A stretch of DNA of 39,908 nt from Methylococcales bacterium (GCA_018671575.1 JABHHM010000026.1:1-39908); one strand, 5' to 3'; shown: positions 1 through 12,965, numbered from the stretch's first letter. The notes: generated by a model from the letters alone, not told the origin. Numbers and translations are program-made.

Positions 1-140
1 AAAGGGCATAAAACTCTTTTGTCTGTCTTCTTTGCCACAAAAATAGTTATGTAGAACGACTACACGCCTATTTTTATAACAAAAAAGACAAACAAAATTT
101 CTGCGCAATATGGGTAGTTTATTTATTGCGCGTTACCTAA
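1..140 (-). mobile_element. MITE/REPIN-like palindromic element, family B (cut by the window edge)
   Basis: Reverse complement (TTAGGTAACGCGCAATAAATAAAC...AAAAATAGGCGTGTAGTCGTTCTACATAACTATTTTTG) aligns with the copies at 19674-19836 and 32049-32230. Confidence 0.8.
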
Positions 141-167
141 GCAAGTTAGGTCAATCAAATCGTTTGG

Positions 168-545
168 TTAGAATGGAACATCATCATTTTCTGCCCAAGG
201 TGGTGCTTCATTAGGTGGTGGAGGACTATTTTGATCCATTGTGGAATTCTGATTTGACTGATTGTCTGATAAATGACTGATTTTCCAAGCTTGAATGGAA
301 TTGAAATAAACAGTTTCACCCTTAGGGTTAACCCATTTTCGTCCTTTTAAGTTAAAGGAAACATCGACTTCATCACCGACATTGAAATCATTGATAATGT
401 CACACTTGCTTTGTACCAGTTCCATTTTTAAAAATTCAGGGTATTCTGGGTTTTCTGCATATTCAACAACAAATTCACGTTTTTTGAATTTACTTGAAAC
501 TTGAGATTCATTAAATATTTCAATAATTTTTGCTTTAATTTCCAC
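168..545 (-). CDS. DUF3127 family protein (OB-fold, SSB-like acidic C-terminus)
   Basis: FKKREFVVE..YPEFLK.EL.Q, VDVSFNLKGRKW, YFNSIQAWKI; disordered tail ending DDVPF. Confidence 0.85.
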   Translation of the reverse strand: MEIKAKIIEIFNESQVSSKFKKREFVVEYAENPEYPEFLKMELVQSKCDIINDFNVGDEVDVSFNLKGRKWVNPKGETVYFNSIQAWKISHLSDNQSNQNSTMDQNSPPPPNEAPPWAENDDVPF

Positions 546-558
546 GAATTTTTCCTGT

Positions 559-888
559 TTAATGTCTAGCCATTAATGTTTGTAGTTTTTCAGTTAATTT
601 GTTGTTACGAATCATAATGCGGTTGGATATTTCAAATAATACATCCGCATCATTATTTTTTGTTTGTTTTTTATATTGTTTTATATTGTCTTGAAAAGCA
701 GCGTATTTTGCCTGTAAAACAATTAGGTAATTCTGAGTTTCATAGTTTGTCATTTCTTTATTATTGAATTGAAAGCTTAATTCATTCAGTTCGGAGAATA
801 AATTTAAGCCAATATTTTCTAATTGATTGATTAATGAAATATTTTCTGGCTCATGATACTCATCAACAAAATTGATCGTTTTTTCCAT
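559..888 (-). CDS. hypothetical helical protein
   Basis: 109-aa ATG ORF ending 13 bp before the DUF3127 gene on the same strand; no recognisable motif. Confidence 0.6.
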   Translation of the reverse strand: MEKTINFVDEYHEPENISLINQLENIGLNLFSELNELSFQFNNKEMTNYETQNYLIVLQAKYAAFQDNIKQYKKQTKNNDADVLFEISNRIMIRNNKLTEKLQTLMARH

Positions 889-1074
889 AATTTTATAAGA
901 TACCGTCTATTGGGTTAACTGACTGGGTAAAGTGTAAAATTTTAAACAAATAAGGTCAATCACTAAAATACAACGGTTTTTCATTTTATTGCCAGATTAA
1001 TTTAATTTTGTATTTATTGATTGCTGTTGTGATAGAATTTCACATTACATTTTATTTAGGCATTGAACAGTATT

Positions 1075-2391
1075 ATGAATTTTAACTCTCTTGGGTTGTC
1101 CCCAGCTATTTTACAAGCCATCACTGAGCAAGGCTATGAAACGCCAACACCGATTCAGGAAAAAGCAATTCCTGCTGTCATTGATGGTCGTGATCTCATG
1201 GCGGCAGCACAAACAGGTACGGGAAAAACCGCAGGATTTACCTTGCCGATTTTAGAAAAATTGTCACAGGGGCATCGTGCCAATGCAAACCAGGCGCGTT
1301 GCTTGATTTTAACGCCAACTCGTGAACTGGCTGCTCAAATTGGTGAAAGCGTCACCAATTATGGTAAGCATTTACCATTGAAGTCTACGGTCGTATTTGG
1401 TGGCGTTAAAATTAATCCACAAATGATGAAATTGTGCAAAGGGGTAGATATTTTAGTAGCAACACCTGGACGGTTACTGGATTTGTATCACCAAAATGCA
1501 GTGAGGTTTAAAACCTTAGAAGTATTGGTATTAGACGAAGCTGACCGAATGTTAGATATGGGGTTTATTCATGATATTAGGAAAATACTCGGACTATTAC
1601 CTAAACAACGTCAAAATTTAATGTTTTCTGCTACTTTTTCAGATGAGGTGCGAAAGTTGGCGAGAGGTATGATCAATAATCCTGTTGAAATTTCTGTGAC
1701 GCCAAGAAATACGGCATCAACAACGGTCAAACAATGGATTTGTCCTGTTGATAAAAAACAAAAGTCAGTTTTGTTAACACATTTAATCAAGGAAAATAAA
1801 TGGGATCAAGTATTGGTGTTTACTAAAACCAAACATGGCGCCAATAAATTAACACGCCATTTGGAACTAGAAAATATAAAAGCCGCCGCTATTCACGGTA
1901 ATAAAAGTCAAAGTGCTCGAACTAAAGCTTTGGCAAATTTTAAAAATGGTTCAATTAAAATACTGGTTGCAACCGATATTGCGGCAAGAGGACTGGATAT
2001 TGATCAGCTACCCCAGGTTGTCAATTTCGATTTACCTAATGTTGCTGAAGACTACATTCATCGGATTGGCAGAACGGGGCGTGCAGGTTGTAATGGGCAT
2101 GCTGTTTCTTTGGTTTGTGCTGATGAGTTTAAGTTATTGTCAGACATTGAACGATTAATTAAGCAGTTACTTAGCAGAAAAATAGTCGATGGATTTGAGC
2201 CAGTGCATGATCTTCCCGAATCAAAATTAAATCAAAGACCAATCAAACCTAAAAAGCCAAAGAAGCCTACAAAATTAGGGCAACCCAGGCAAGCTAATCA
2301 AAATAATAAACAATCGGAAGGCAGTCGTCATCGTAAATCAAAAGGAAATAACTGGCCGTCAAGAAGGCAGGCAAGCAACAAAAAAAGTTAG
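1075..2391 (+). CDS. rhlE: DEAD-box ATP-dependent RNA helicase (RhlE-like)
   Basis: Q motif [47 protein letters not shown], basic tail; ATG at 1075 preferred over TTG at 1063. Confidence 0.9.
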   Translation: MNFNSLGLSPAILQAITEQGYETPTPIQEKAIPAVIDGRDLMAAAQTGTGKTAGFTLPILEKLSQGHRANANQARCLILTPTRELAAQIGESVTNYGKHLPLKSTVVFGGVKINPQMMKLCKGVDILVATPGRLLDLYHQNAVRFKTLEVLVLDEADRMLDMGFIHDIRKILGLLPKQRQNLMFSATFSDEVRKLARGMINNPVEISVTPRNTASTTVKQWICPVDKKQKSVLLTHLIKENKWDQVLVFTKTKHGANKLTRHLELENIKAAAIHGNKSQSARTKALANFKNGSIKILVATDIAARGLDIDQLPQVVNFDLPNVAEDYIHRIGRTGRAGCNGHAVSLVCADEFKLLSDIERLIKQLLSRKIVDGFEPVHDLPESKLNQRPIKPKKPKKPTKLGQPRQANQNNKQSEGSRHRKSKGNNWPSRRQASNKKS

Positions 2392-3026
2392 CTTTTTGGG
2401 AAGATGGATTTATTAGGGGCTGAATCAACTTTTTTTAAAATTATGCGACGAAACCAACCGTTTAAATTTTCTTTCTGGTCATCAATGACTGTCAGCAACG
2501 GTGTGGTTTCTAAAACATCTTCAAAAATTACATCTGTGCTGGTGGCTATTCTGCTGATGATTGGATTGAACATTTTTAAAAAGAATGCAGGTTGGTTTCT
2601 TTTTAAAAATTTATCAAAAACAAGTATTTTGCCGTCTGATTTTAAAACACGGCAAGCTTCATTCAGTGTTTTTGAATGATCAGGTACGACGGCTAAAATT
2701 AAATGCATGATGATAATGTCAAAAGTTTCGTCATGGAATCTCAGTGATGTTGCATCAGCTACTTCTAATTGTATTGTTAAATTCGATTTTTCTGCTCTGT
2801 TTTGGGCTTTTTTCAGCATGGCAGGGGTGATGTCTATTCCATGATAAATTGCATTTTGTGGTAATAATGGAATATCGAGTCCTGTTCCAATGCCGACAAC
2901 TAATATTTTTTTATGGGTGACATCTCCCATGGCTTGAATATTTTTACTTCTTGCTGATTTGAAGGTGTTTTTAATAAAAAAATCATAAAATGGCGCAATG
3001 AGGGTATAAGTAAAAGCAAGGCTCAT
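2388..3026 (-). CDS. class I SAM-dependent methyltransferase (phospholipid N-methyltransferase PmtA-like)
   Basis: Y..IAPFYD, motif [25 protein letters not shown]; substrate is inferred. Confidence 0.8.
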   Translation of the reverse strand: MSLAFTYTLIAPFYDFFIKNTFKSARSKNIQAMGDVTHKKILVVGIGTGLDIPLLPQNAIYHGIDITPAMLKKAQNRAEKSNLTIQLEVADATSLRFHDETFDIIIMHLILAVVPDHSKTLNEACRVLKSDGKILVFDKFLKRNQPAFFLKMFNPIISRIATSTDVIFEDVLETTPLLTVIDDQKENLNGWFRRIILKKVDSAPNKSIFPKS

Positions 3027-3103
3027 TATTGGATTCCGATGAATTAATATACTATATTTATAAGTACGATCACCAAATACGTCAAGTAGCCACCACTTTA
3101 TTT

Positions 3104-4708
3104 ATGCCAAAAATTAAACATCCTCCAATTGTGATTAATCATTCATTTGATGAGTTTTTGAGTCAATGTGCTATGTATCATCATATTCATTCAGCCATTG
3201 CGGTGATTGATTTAGGCGGTAAGCTGGTTTTTCAAAATGTGGCATTTGATAAATTATGGGATGCCCTGAAAAAAAGTAAGAGTGAGCAGTCGTTATGGGA
3301 TAATGACCAAATGCAGTCCTGTTTTAACCAAGTTAAAGCCGAAGTCATTAAAGTAAAAGTTAAAATCAAACACGTTTTAGAAAGCAGTATTTCGATACTG
3401 GTACAGCCGATTGTATCCGCAAATAATGAACTTCATGGCATGATGCTAACGGTAGATGAAGAAACCATTCAAAATGTGTTTCAACAAAAATATAACTTTG
3501 CTTTATCAAGAGAATCTCATGCCGAATTAGCACATACCATTAAATCATTATCAAAAGATCGAATTAAAAAAGAAAAAACCATACATACTTTATTAAAAGG
3601 AACGCCTTTTGGAATTATGTTGATTGATAGTAATCGTGCCATTATGCAAATTAATTCGGCAGCCGAAGATATATTCAAACAAAAATCATCAAATATGATT
3701 GGTTTGGGTTGCGATCAATTTTTTTATTGTTTTCAAAAAGGCAATCAGTGTCCCGTTTGTAATAGATATAAAATTACTCTTGAAGAAACCATGGCAAAAA
3801 GCAATCATGATTTTGAAGTGCCCCTTTTAAGAAATACAGTTTTGTTGGATCATGAAAAAGAACCTGTGATCATTGAGGCATTTGTTGATTTAACAGAGCG
3901 AAAGGTCGCTGAACAGGAAAGTCAAATTGCCAAAGAGCTGGCTCAACAAAATGAATTTGAAAAACAACTGGCAATGACGGCTAATAAAACAAAAAGTGTA
4001 TTTTTAGCAAGCATGAGTCATGAACTTAGGACACCTCTCAATGCCATTATTGGTTATAGTGACTATATAGAAGATATTGTTGCCGATGAAGACTTTGATC
4101 AGGATGATTTGATTTTTAGCAATAAAAATATCAATCGTTCGGGGAAAAACTTATTGGCATTGATCAATAATATTCTGGATTTGTCTAAAATTGAGGCAGA
4201 TAAATCGGAATTATTTATTGAGTCATTTAATATTGGCGAATTATGTGAACATACTTTGTTGACTGTTGATGTATTGGCTAAAAAGAATAACAATGAAATG
4301 AAGTTTTTCATTGAAGGCAATAATCATTTTTTTACGGATGAAATGAGGTTCAATCAAATTATCTTAAATTTACTGAGTAACGCTTGCAAGTTTACCAAAA
4401 ATGGAGTGGTTGAGTTATCAATAAAATTCTATGAGAAAGAGGGACGAGAATGGTTGCAAGCTTCCGTTAAAGACAGTGGTGTCGGTATGAGTTCAACACA
4501 ACTGGACAAAGTATTTGATGAATTTGCTCAAGCAGAGTCGAATACCTCAAAAGAATTTGGCGGTACAGGACTGGGTTTGTCCATTTGTAAAAAACTGGCA
4601 AAATTGATGAAGGGGGATTTGGAGGCAGCGAGTCATTTCGGTAAAGGATCCTGCTTTACATTAAATATTCCATCGATGTCTCCAGAATATCAGCAGTTAA
4701 AAAGTTAA
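3104..4708 (+). CDS. cytoplasmic PAS-domain sensor histidine kinase
   Basis: H box FLASMSHELRTPLNAI, N box NLLSNACKFT, G1 DSGVGM, F box FDEF, G2 GGTGLGL; PAS-like N-terminus; likely start is the ATG at 3104 (ORF open from 3029). Confidence 0.9.
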   Translation: MPKIKHPPIVINHSFDEFLSQCAMYHHIHSAIAVIDLGGKLVFQNVAFDKLWDALKKSKSEQSLWDNDQMQSCFNQVKAEVIKVKVKIKHVLESSISILVQPIVSANNELHGMMLTVDEETIQNVFQQKYNFALSRESHAELAHTIKSLSKDRIKKEKTIHTLLKGTPFGIMLIDSNRAIMQINSAAEDIFKQKSSNMIGLGCDQFFYCFQKGNQCPVCNRYKITLEETMAKSNHDFEVPLLRNTVLLDHEKEPVIIEAFVDLTERKVAEQESQIAKELAQQNEFEKQLAMTANKTKSVFLASMSHELRTPLNAIIGYSDYIEDIVADEDFDQDDLIFSNKNINRSGKNLLALINNILDLSKIEADKSELFIESFNIGELCEHTLLTVDVLAKKNNNEMKFFIEGNNHFFTDEMRFNQIILNLLSNACKFTKNGVVELSIKFYEKEGREWLQASVKDSGVGMSSTQLDKVFDEFAQAESNTSKEFGGTGLGLSICKKLAKLMKGDLEAASHFGKGSCFTLNIPSMSPEYQQLKS

Positions 4709-5032
4709 CACTTTGTCACTTTCTTTGACCAATACATAAAATTGTTGCATTGAACCTAATTCGCAAGCCAGTTCTTCTTCAAGTGACGGCATTGTATCTA
4801 TCCTTGATTCACAACAAACACCACAACCCACAACTTTTCCACCTTCATCGTCAAACATTTCTTTGTATTCAAGGACGTTAAATTTTAGATTGCTACCACT
4901 GAGGCATTCAACGCCTTTACCCATTAAAAAAACAGTGACTTCATCTTCATAAGCGAGGGCAGAGTTTGCATATCTAAAAGCATTCCAGGCAGTTTCTGCA
5001 TCGGGAGAATAAATTACAATTAATATTTTCAT
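4697..5032 (-). CDS. DsrE/DsrF-like family protein
   Basis: ETAWNAFR.A, VTVFLMGKGVE, CGVCC..R, ESDKVLTF; start at MKILIV. Confidence 0.8.
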   Translation of the reverse strand: MKILIVIYSPDAETAWNAFRYANSALAYEDEVTVFLMGKGVECLSGSNLKFNVLEYKEMFDDEGGKVVGCGVCCESRIDTMPSLEEELACELGSMQQFYVLVKESDKVLTF

Positions 5033-5295
5033 TATTTGACCTTTTTTTTTAATTAATGTCACAATTATAATTCAAATTTAGCAAGGCAATAAAATAAATT
5101 TTACTCTCATTATTTGTCCTATTTTTATCGGAAAATCCCCTGGTTTTCACAATTGATATTACTAATAATCACAATAAATCAGTGGATTTATAGCCAAATA
5201 GTGCAACATTTTTTAAAATGCTGTGCTAACTTTATGTTATAGAAGCATAAATTATGTCAATAATAAAAATTTAAATAATAAGAATTATAAGAATC

Positions 5296-8121
5296 ATGAC
5301 CAGTCAATTTGAATCTTTGTCAGAATCATCCGCATTATTTGGGGCAAATGCCGCATTTATAGAAGACTTATATGAGGAATATTTAACCGATCCTGAAGCT
5401 GTTGGAGAGGTTTGGAGAGTCTATTTTGATGAAGTGATTAGTTCACTTGAATCTGGAATGACAGAAACTCCTCACAGTGAAATTCAAAAGTCATTTCTAT
5501 TAATGGCTAGAAAGCGAGGTGGCAGAGGTAGCGTTTCAAAAAATTGTATGGAGCCTGAAGCCGCTCAAAAGCAAGCCTCTGTTTTGAGATTAATTAATTC
5601 CTATCGTGTTCGTGGGCATCAACACGCCAACATTGATCCATTGGGAATTCGTGATCGTGAAGTGGTGCCTGATCTTGAATTGGGTTTTCATGGATTGGGT
5701 GAAGTTGAGCTTGATGTTGACTTCAATACGGGGTCTTTGGTTGCTCCTGACCGCATGTCGTTAAGAAAAATTCACCAACAACTGTTAAAAAGCTATGGAG
5801 GAAAAATTGGTCTGGAATATATGCACATCATCGATACCAGAGAAAAAAGATGGATTCAAAAGCGCATTGAATCAGTGCAGTCAACACCCAATTTTAATAA
5901 TGAACAAAAAACCTGGTTTTTAAAGCTATTAACAGCATCGGAAGGCATCGAAAAATATTTACACAACAAATATGTGGGGCAAAAGCGATTTTCTTTGGAA
6001 GGTGCTGAGAGTTTAATTGTCATGCTGGATGATTTGATTCAGCGTGCAGGTACTCATGATGTTAAAGAAGCTGTTATTGGAATGGCGCATCGTGGTCGAT
6101 TAAATGTTTTAGTCAATATTCTGGGTAAACCACCAGAGCTTTTATTTCGTGAATTTGAAGGCAAAAGTAAAAAACAAGGATCAGGTGATGTGAAGTATCA
6201 TCAGGGATTTTCCTCCGATATTGCAACCCCTAATGGTGCAATGCATGTTGCTTTATCTTTTAATCCTTCCCATCTGGAAATCGTTGACCCTGTAGTACAA
6301 GGTTCTGTGAGAGCAAGACAACAACGACGAGGCGATAAAGATAGTCGACAGGTCATCCCTATTTTAATACATGGTGATGCTGCCTTTTCTGGTCAAGGAG
6401 TCATCATGGAAACCTTTAGCATGTCTCAAGCCAGGGGTTATAAAACAGGTGGAACTGTTCATATCGTCATTAATAATCAAATAGGTTTTACCACCAGCAA
6501 CCCATTGGATTCAAGGTCAACCTCTTATTGTACTGAAGTATCTAAAATGGTTCAGGCACCTATTTTTCATGTCAATGGAGATGATCCAGAAGCGGTTGTT
6601 TTTATCTCTCAAATAGCCATGGATTATTGTATGACATTTAAAAAAGATGTCGTTATTGATATGTATTGTTATCGCCGTCATGGTCACAACGAAGCGGATG
6701 AACCTGCTATTACTCAGCCTTTGATGTATAAAAAAATAAGGGCCAAAAAAACCACCCGAGAACTCTATGCAGAACAGTTGGTCAGGCAAGGTGTTTTGAC
6801 TGCTGATGAATCACGTCAAATGGTGGATGATAATAGGACTACATTGGATCGAGGTGAATCTATTTCACGTCCAGTTATGAATAATGTCAAAATGGATTAC
6901 ATTATTGACTGGTCACCATTCAAAGATCAAGAATGGGATTTTGGCATAAAAACTCGATTACCCATTGCTGAAATACAATCCTTGTCTGATCCATTATTAA
7001 ATTTACCTGATGGTTTTGAAGCACATCCCAGAGTATTAAAAATGTTGGGTGATCGTCGTAAAATGATTGCAGGGGCATTGCCGATGGACTGGGGGTGTGC
7101 AGAAACATTGGCATTTGCTTCATTACTAAAAGCAGATCATGCAGTCAGGATATCTGGTCAGGACAGTGGGCGGGGAACTTTTTCTCATCGACATGCCGTA
7201 TTACACAATCAACACAATGGCGAAGCTTATATTCCATTAAAACACATCAAAAAAGATCAAGGACATTTTATAGTCATTGATTCTCTTTTATCAGAAGAGG
7301 CGGTATTGGGTTTTGAGTACGGATATAGCTCTGCCGACCCGTTTACTTTGGTTATTTGGGAAGCTCAATTTGGTGATTTTGCCAATGGGGCTCAGGTGGT
7401 GATTGATCAGTTTATCAGTTCAGGTGAAGTGAAATGGGGTCGGCTATGTGGTTTGACCATGTTGTTGCCTCATGGTTATGAGGGACAAGGGCCAGAGCAT
7501 TCATCAGCAAGATTAGAGAGATATTTGCAATTGTGTGCAGAACATAATGTTCAAATTTGTATTCCATCGACTCCTGCGCAAGTTTTCCACATGATAAGGC
7601 GACAAATGGTTCGACCTTATAGAAAACCATTGATTGTGATGACAGGTAAGAGTTTGTTGAGACATAAGCAGTGTATTTCAACATTGGAAGATTTGTCTAA
7701 TAATGATTTTTTACCCATTATCAGTGAAACTAAAAAACACCAGCCTAAAGAAATAACAAAAGCCATTTTTTGTAGTGGTAAAGTTTATTACGATATTTTA
7801 CAGAAAAGAGATGAATTGGAGCTTAATGAGATTGTCATCATCAGATTAGAGCAATTGTATCCTTTTCCTAAAAAGTTATTTATCGAGCAGATAGATAAAT
7901 ATCCCAATTTAAAAACCATGGTTTGGTGTCAGGAAGAGCCACAAAATCAAGGTGCTTGGGATCAACTAAAGCATCGTTTTCAATATCCTGTTAAGAAAGG
8001 TGTTGAATTAATTTATGCTGGCAGACCCGCATCAGCTTCACCAGCCGTGGGTGTGTTTGGATTACATGTAAAACAACAAGAACAATTAGTGAATGATGCA
8101 TTGCTTGGGGCAGGCGTATAA
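5296..8121 (+). CDS. sucA: 2-oxoglutarate dehydrogenase E1
   Basis: [27 protein letters not shown] motif HGDAAF.GQG..., [14 protein letters not shown]. Confidence 0.98.
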   Translation: MTSQFESLSESSALFGANAAFIEDLYEEYLTDPEAVGEVWRVYFDEVISSLESGMTETPHSEIQKSFLLMARKRGGRGSVSKNCMEPEAAQKQASVLRLINSYRVRGHQHANIDPLGIRDREVVPDLELGFHGLGEVELDVDFNTGSLVAPDRMSLRKIHQQLLKSYGGKIGLEYMHIIDTREKRWIQKRIESVQSTPNFNNEQKTWFLKLLTASEGIEKYLHNKYVGQKRFSLEGAESLIVMLDDLIQRAGTHDVKEAVIGMAHRGRLNVLVNILGKPPELLFREFEGKSKKQGSGDVKYHQGFSSDIATPNGAMHVALSFNPSHLEIVDPVVQGSVRARQQRRGDKDSRQVIPILIHGDAAFSGQGVIMETFSMSQARGYKTGGTVHIVINNQIGFTTSNPLDSRSTSYCTEVSKMVQAPIFHVNGDDPEAVVFISQIAMDYCMTFKKDVVIDMYCYRRHGHNEADEPAITQPLMYKKIRAKKTTRELYAEQLVRQGVLTADESRQMVDDNRTTLDRGESISRPVMNNVKMDYIIDWSPFKDQEWDFGIKTRLPIAEIQSLSDPLLNLPDGFEAHPRVLKMLGDRRKMIAGALPMDWGCAETLAFASLLKADHAVRISGQDSGRGTFSHRHAVLHNQHNGEAYIPLKHIKKDQGHFIVIDSLLSEEAVLGFEYGYSSADPFTLVIWEAQFGDFANGAQVVIDQFISSGEVKWGRLCGLTMLLPHGYEGQGPEHSSARLERYLQLCAEHNVQICIPSTPAQVFHMIRRQMVRPYRKPLIVMTGKSLLRHKQCISTLEDLSNNDFLPIISETKKHQPKEITKAIFCSGKVYYDILQKRDELELNEIVIIRLEQLYPFPKKLFIEQIDKYPNLKTMVWCQEEPQNQGAWDQLKHRFQYPVKKGVELIYAGRPASASPAVGVFGLHVKQQEQLVNDALLGAGV

Positions 8122-8164
8122 TAGTGAAGTTATTGCATATTACTCATGTAGAAAGGAAATCAAA

Positions 8165-9394
8165 ATGAGCATTGAAGTTTTAGTACCATCATTACCAGAA
8201 TCTGTTGCAGATGCAACCATTGTTACCTGGCATAAAAAAGTAGGTGAGCAAGTCAGTAGGGATGAAAATTTAGTTGACCTGGAAACAGATAAGGTGGTGC
8301 TTGAAGTGCCTGCACCGATTGATGGTGTCATCACAAAAATTCTACAACAAGATGGTGATGTCGTAACATCTGGTGTGGTACTTGCCATACTTGAAAGTGC
8401 ATCAGACCAGCCCGTAGTGAGCAGTGAAGCAGTCGAACAAAATACTGCGCAGAATGAAGTGATGATGAGCCCTGCTGTCAGGCGAATGGTGACAGAGCAT
8501 AAACTGAATGAGTCACTCATTCCCGCAACAGGTAAAGGAGGGCGGTTAATAAAAGCTGATGTGATTAATTATTTGGAAACACAAAAACAAACCAAAGAAC
8601 CATCGGTGGGAACGCCTGTGATTGCAGAACCAAAAATTGAAGCCAGTATAATGTCGCAAAGAAATCCTGTTATGAGCAATGTTTCATTGGGCGAAAGAAA
8701 ACAGCAGCGAGTTCCAATGACTCGACTGAGAGCTAGGGTTGCAGAAAGATTGGTTGAAGCACAACAAACATCCGCTATTTTAACCACCTTTAATGAGGTC
8801 GATTTAAAAGCTGTGATGGATATGCGTAAACACTATAAAGAATCCTTCGAGAAAGAACATGATATCAAATTAGGTGTTATGTCATTTTTTGTCAAAGCCA
8901 GTATTGATGCGTTGAAACGATATCCCATTATTAATGCTTCAGTTGATGGAAATGATATTATTTATCATGACTATTTTGACATCGGAATAGCTGTGTCCTC
9001 TCCAAGAGGTTTGGTTGTGCCTATTTTGAGAGAAACCGAAAAACTGTCATTTGCCGAAATAGAAAAAGGTATTTTAGGATATGCGGAACAGGCTAAAAAT
9101 GGTTCTTTAAGTTATGAAGCCTTGATGGGCGGGACATTTACCATTTCAAATGGTGGTGTCTTTGGTTCTATGCTATCAACACCTATTCTGAATCCTCCAC
9201 AAAGTGCAATTTTAGGGATGCATACCATTCAGCAGCGAGCTGTTGTGGTTAATGGAGAAATTGTTATTAGGCCAATGATGTATCTGGCATTGTCATATGA
9301 TCATCGTATTGTTGATGGGCGTGATGCGGTACAATTTTTGGTCAGAATTAAAGAAAACCTGCAAGACCCAGGTAGGATGTTGTTGGATGTGTGA
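8165..9394 (+). CDS. sucB: dihydrolipoamide succinyltransferase E2
   Basis: Lipoyl motif ETDKV, E3-binding domain [11 protein letters not shown], catalytic DHRIVDG; AAAGGA RBS before the ATG at 8165. Confidence 0.98.
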   Translation: MSIEVLVPSLPESVADATIVTWHKKVGEQVSRDENLVDLETDKVVLEVPAPIDGVITKILQQDGDVVTSGVVLAILESASDQPVVSSEAVEQNTAQNEVMMSPAVRRMVTEHKLNESLIPATGKGGRLIKADVINYLETQKQTKEPSVGTPVIAEPKIEASIMSQRNPVMSNVSLGERKQQRVPMTRLRARVAERLVEAQQTSAILTTFNEVDLKAVMDMRKHYKESFEKEHDIKLGVMSFFVKASIDALKRYPIINASVDGNDIIYHDYFDIGIAVSSPRGLVVPILRETEKLSFAEIEKGILGYAEQAKNGSLSYEALMGGTFTISNGGVFGSMLSTPILNPPQSAILGMHTIQQRAVVVNGEIVIRPMMYLALSYDHRIVDGRDAVQFLVRIKENLQDPGRMLLDV

Positions 9395-9416
9395 TTGAGT
9401 TCCTAAAGAGATGACG

Positions 9417-9459
9417 CACATGAAGGCAAAGAAGAAAAAACTTCAATAGCTTCATAGTG
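9417..9459. repeat. REP-like palindrome, family D (CATGAAG...CTTCAT)
   Basis: CACATGAAG...GAAG...CTTC...CTTCATAGTG; related copies at 21447, 22608, 24727 and 28353. Confidence 0.6.
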
Positions 9460-9498
9460 AAAATAAAAAATATCTATTTTTACAAAAAAAATTTATTT

Positions 9499-9531
9499 AG
9501 GAGAAATGCTATAGTATTTCTCTCCTTTCTT
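9499..9531 (+). terminator. possible hairpin/terminator between sucB and lpdA
   Basis: GAGAAATGC-TATA-GTATTTCTC followed by a pyrimidine-rich run. Confidence 0.35.
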
Positions 9532-9664
9532 ACATAGACTTATTAGCATCATTATTTTAGAAAAAATAAATGGAAAATTTTGGAGCTATTTGGGTTACAT
9601 CGCGAACTCACTATTGTAGTATACCAAACATATTTTATTGCTTTTCTGTTCCTACCCAATCTGA

Positions 9665-11113
<1,449 letters not shown>

Positions 11114-11234
11114 ATGATTATTGATAATCCTTAAGTACGAAATAACTTTCCTTATTATCATGCGCCTGCATGGATATGAAAAATAACCCCTAATTATTCA
11201 GTAACTCTGTCTTAAATATGGAGAAAAATACCGT

Positions 11235-11711
11235 ATGAAAAGTTTGTTAACATCGGCAATTATTATTGTATTACTTGTTTTTATTGCATGGCCTTACAGT
11301 AACCTGTATTTTCTAAATGAAGCATTAATGAGTAATGATGATGCCGAAATGTCCAAATGGATTGATCTCAAATCTGTACAAATACAGTACAAACAAGATT
11401 TAAATAACAATATTAATAGCAGTATTCCTGGTGGAACAAATGCATTTACCTCTTTTTTGAAAGATGGCATGAAATCTTTGGGAGATGCGGGTGTTGAAAA
11501 TGGCATCAATAACCAATGGATCAGGAATTTATTTTTAAACATAAAACAGAAAGATCAAGCACCAGAATCATTGTTTGATCGAATGTCTTTTGCATTTTTT
11601 GAAGATATGAATCAATTTCAAGTTAGACTGGGAGAATTAGGAAAGTCTCCAACTCATTTTATTATGCAACGTCAGGATAAAATATGGCGTGTGACTAAAA
11701 TTTTTAATTAA
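11235..11711 (+). CDS. DUF2939-like membrane-anchored protein
   Basis: N-terminal hydrophobic segment ending WPY, then A....D...M...IDL.SV; C-terminal WRVTKI. Confidence 0.65.
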   Translation: MKSLLTSAIIIVLLVFIAWPYSNLYFLNEALMSNDDAEMSKWIDLKSVQIQYKQDLNNNINSSIPGGTNAFTSFLKDGMKSLGDAGVENGINNQWIRNLFLNIKQKDQAPESLFDRMSFAFFEDMNQFQVRLGELGKSPTHFIMQRQDKIWRVTKIFN

Positions 11712-11712
11712 G

Positions 11713-11875
11713 GGAGGCTGTCCGAAAACTCATCTTTCCGCCAACTCTGCGTTCACCCCTCAAGGGGGGACCGAGGAAAAATGGTCTTAAAATGCTCGTT
11801 TACACCCGTAAACTGCGCTTTTTCGGCAATTTCATGCCTTGATTTGACGAAAATCTGAGTTCTCGGACAGCCTCC
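11713..11875. mobile_element. MITE family A, copy 1 (carries a 23-bp internal insert)
   Basis: Terminal inverted repeats GGAGGCTGTCCGAAAACTCA / TGAGTTCTCGGACAGCCTCC; near-identical to 24902-25041. Confidence 0.9.
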
Positions 11876-11877
11876 TC

Positions 11878-11930
11878 GCTGAGTTGAGTAGCTCGTCTGC
11901 TCAAACGACACTTATGCGCTTGTGGAATAA
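11878..11930. repeat. 53-54 bp two-hairpin repeat, family C, copy 1
   Basis: GCTGAGTTGAGTAGCTCGTCTGCTCAAACGACACTTAT-N11-ATAA; aligns with 12966 and 27208. Confidence 0.8.
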
Positions 11931-11942
11931 AAAAGGAATAGT

Positions 11943-12617
11943 ATGCTGGTAAAAATACCAGGAATATTAAACACTGGTCAATTAAAAACAGTGTGTCAAA
12001 TTTTAGACAATGCAGATTTTGTGGATGGTAAATTATCGGCAGGGCGTGTTGCCTCACGAATAAAAAATAATCGTGAATTGGATCAAGAATCTGCCGATAT
12101 TAATATCTTAAATAGTATCGTAATGAACTCATTGGTTGCGAATAAAACGTATCAGGCTGCAGTATTGCCTTATCGTATTGCTTCCCCATTTTATGCTTGT
12201 TATACCCATGGAATGAGTTATGGTTGGCATATCGATGACCCTGTGATGGGGCCAAGTAACGGTCGTTATCGAACAGACGTTTCTACCACTGTTTTTTTAA
12301 ATGATCCTGATGAATACCAAGGTGGAGAAATTATCATCAGAACAACTTTTGGTGAGACAGAAATAAAACTTCCTGCTGGTTTTGCCATTGTTTATCCTTC
12401 AACGAGTTTACATCAAGTCGCTGAAGTAACTAGCGGTGAACGTAGAGTTGCTGTCACTTGGACTCAGAGTATGGTTAAAGACCCCGCTCAACGGCAAATA
12501 CTTTATGATATTGACCAGGTACGAGAACAGCTCAATCAGCAACAGCCTCACAGTGATGATTTTTATAAATTAGACACCAGTTACGGAAATTTATTTCGCA
12601 TGTGGAGTGAAATATAA
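11943..12617 (+). CDS. piuC: Fe(II)/2-oxoglutarate-dependent dioxygenase (PiuC/YbiX, PKHD-type)
   Basis: FVDGKLSAG, HID, RTDVSTTVFL..P.EY.GGE, YPSTSLHQV..V..G.R, NL.RMWSE. Confidence 0.9.
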   Translation: MLVKIPGILNTGQLKTVCQILDNADFVDGKLSAGRVASRIKNNRELDQESADINILNSIVMNSLVANKTYQAAVLPYRIASPFYACYTHGMSYGWHIDDPVMGPSNGRYRTDVSTTVFLNDPDEYQGGEIIIRTTFGETEIKLPAGFAIVYPSTSLHQVAEVTSGERRVAVTWTQSMVKDPAQRQILYDIDQVREQLNQQQPHSDDFYKLDTSYGNLFRMWSEI

Positions 12618-12964
12618 TGTCAGAACAAGACTTGACCGAAGTTGTTCAACTGGGCCAGTATTTTAACATTGATAAACACACATCTGGAAAAATACAATTT
12701 AAACTCAATCATGAAAAATTAAAACAAGTCCAGACATCCTCAGATAAAGCCGCCAAAACAATGGGGATTAATGAGGCTAAAATGTTTTTAAAAGCCTTAA
12801 ACGGTGTTGATGATATTCAGTTGAATATTTTTACGGCCTCATTAACAGTGACGTACCAAGAGAGTCAGATTCAGTCGCAGTGGTGGGATGATTGGGTGGC
12901 AGGTAATGAGTCTGCTGAATTGAATCAGTGGTTGTCAGACGCAATGAAACTTATGGATGGTTAA
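12617..12964 (+). CDS. hypothetical protein, HMA2-like domain
   Basis: Start overlaps the piuC stop (TAATG); H.SGKIQFK and GV.DIQLN.FTASLTVTY resemble HMA_2 motifs. Confidence 0.55.
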   Translation: MSEQDLTEVVQLGQYFNIDKHTSGKIQFKLNHEKLKQVQTSSDKAAKTMGINEAKMFLKALNGVDDIQLNIFTASLTVTYQESQIQSQWWDDWVAGNESAELNQWLSDAMKLMDG

Positions 12965-12965
12965 A

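Noticed and set aside
11117-11135. Possible Fur box upstream of the DUF2939-piuC region
   Set aside because: Only 13/19 match in very AT-rich DNA
11800-12057. 85-aa minus-strand ORF
   Set aside because: Antisense to piuC and runs through MITE A and the family C repeat; no RBS or motif
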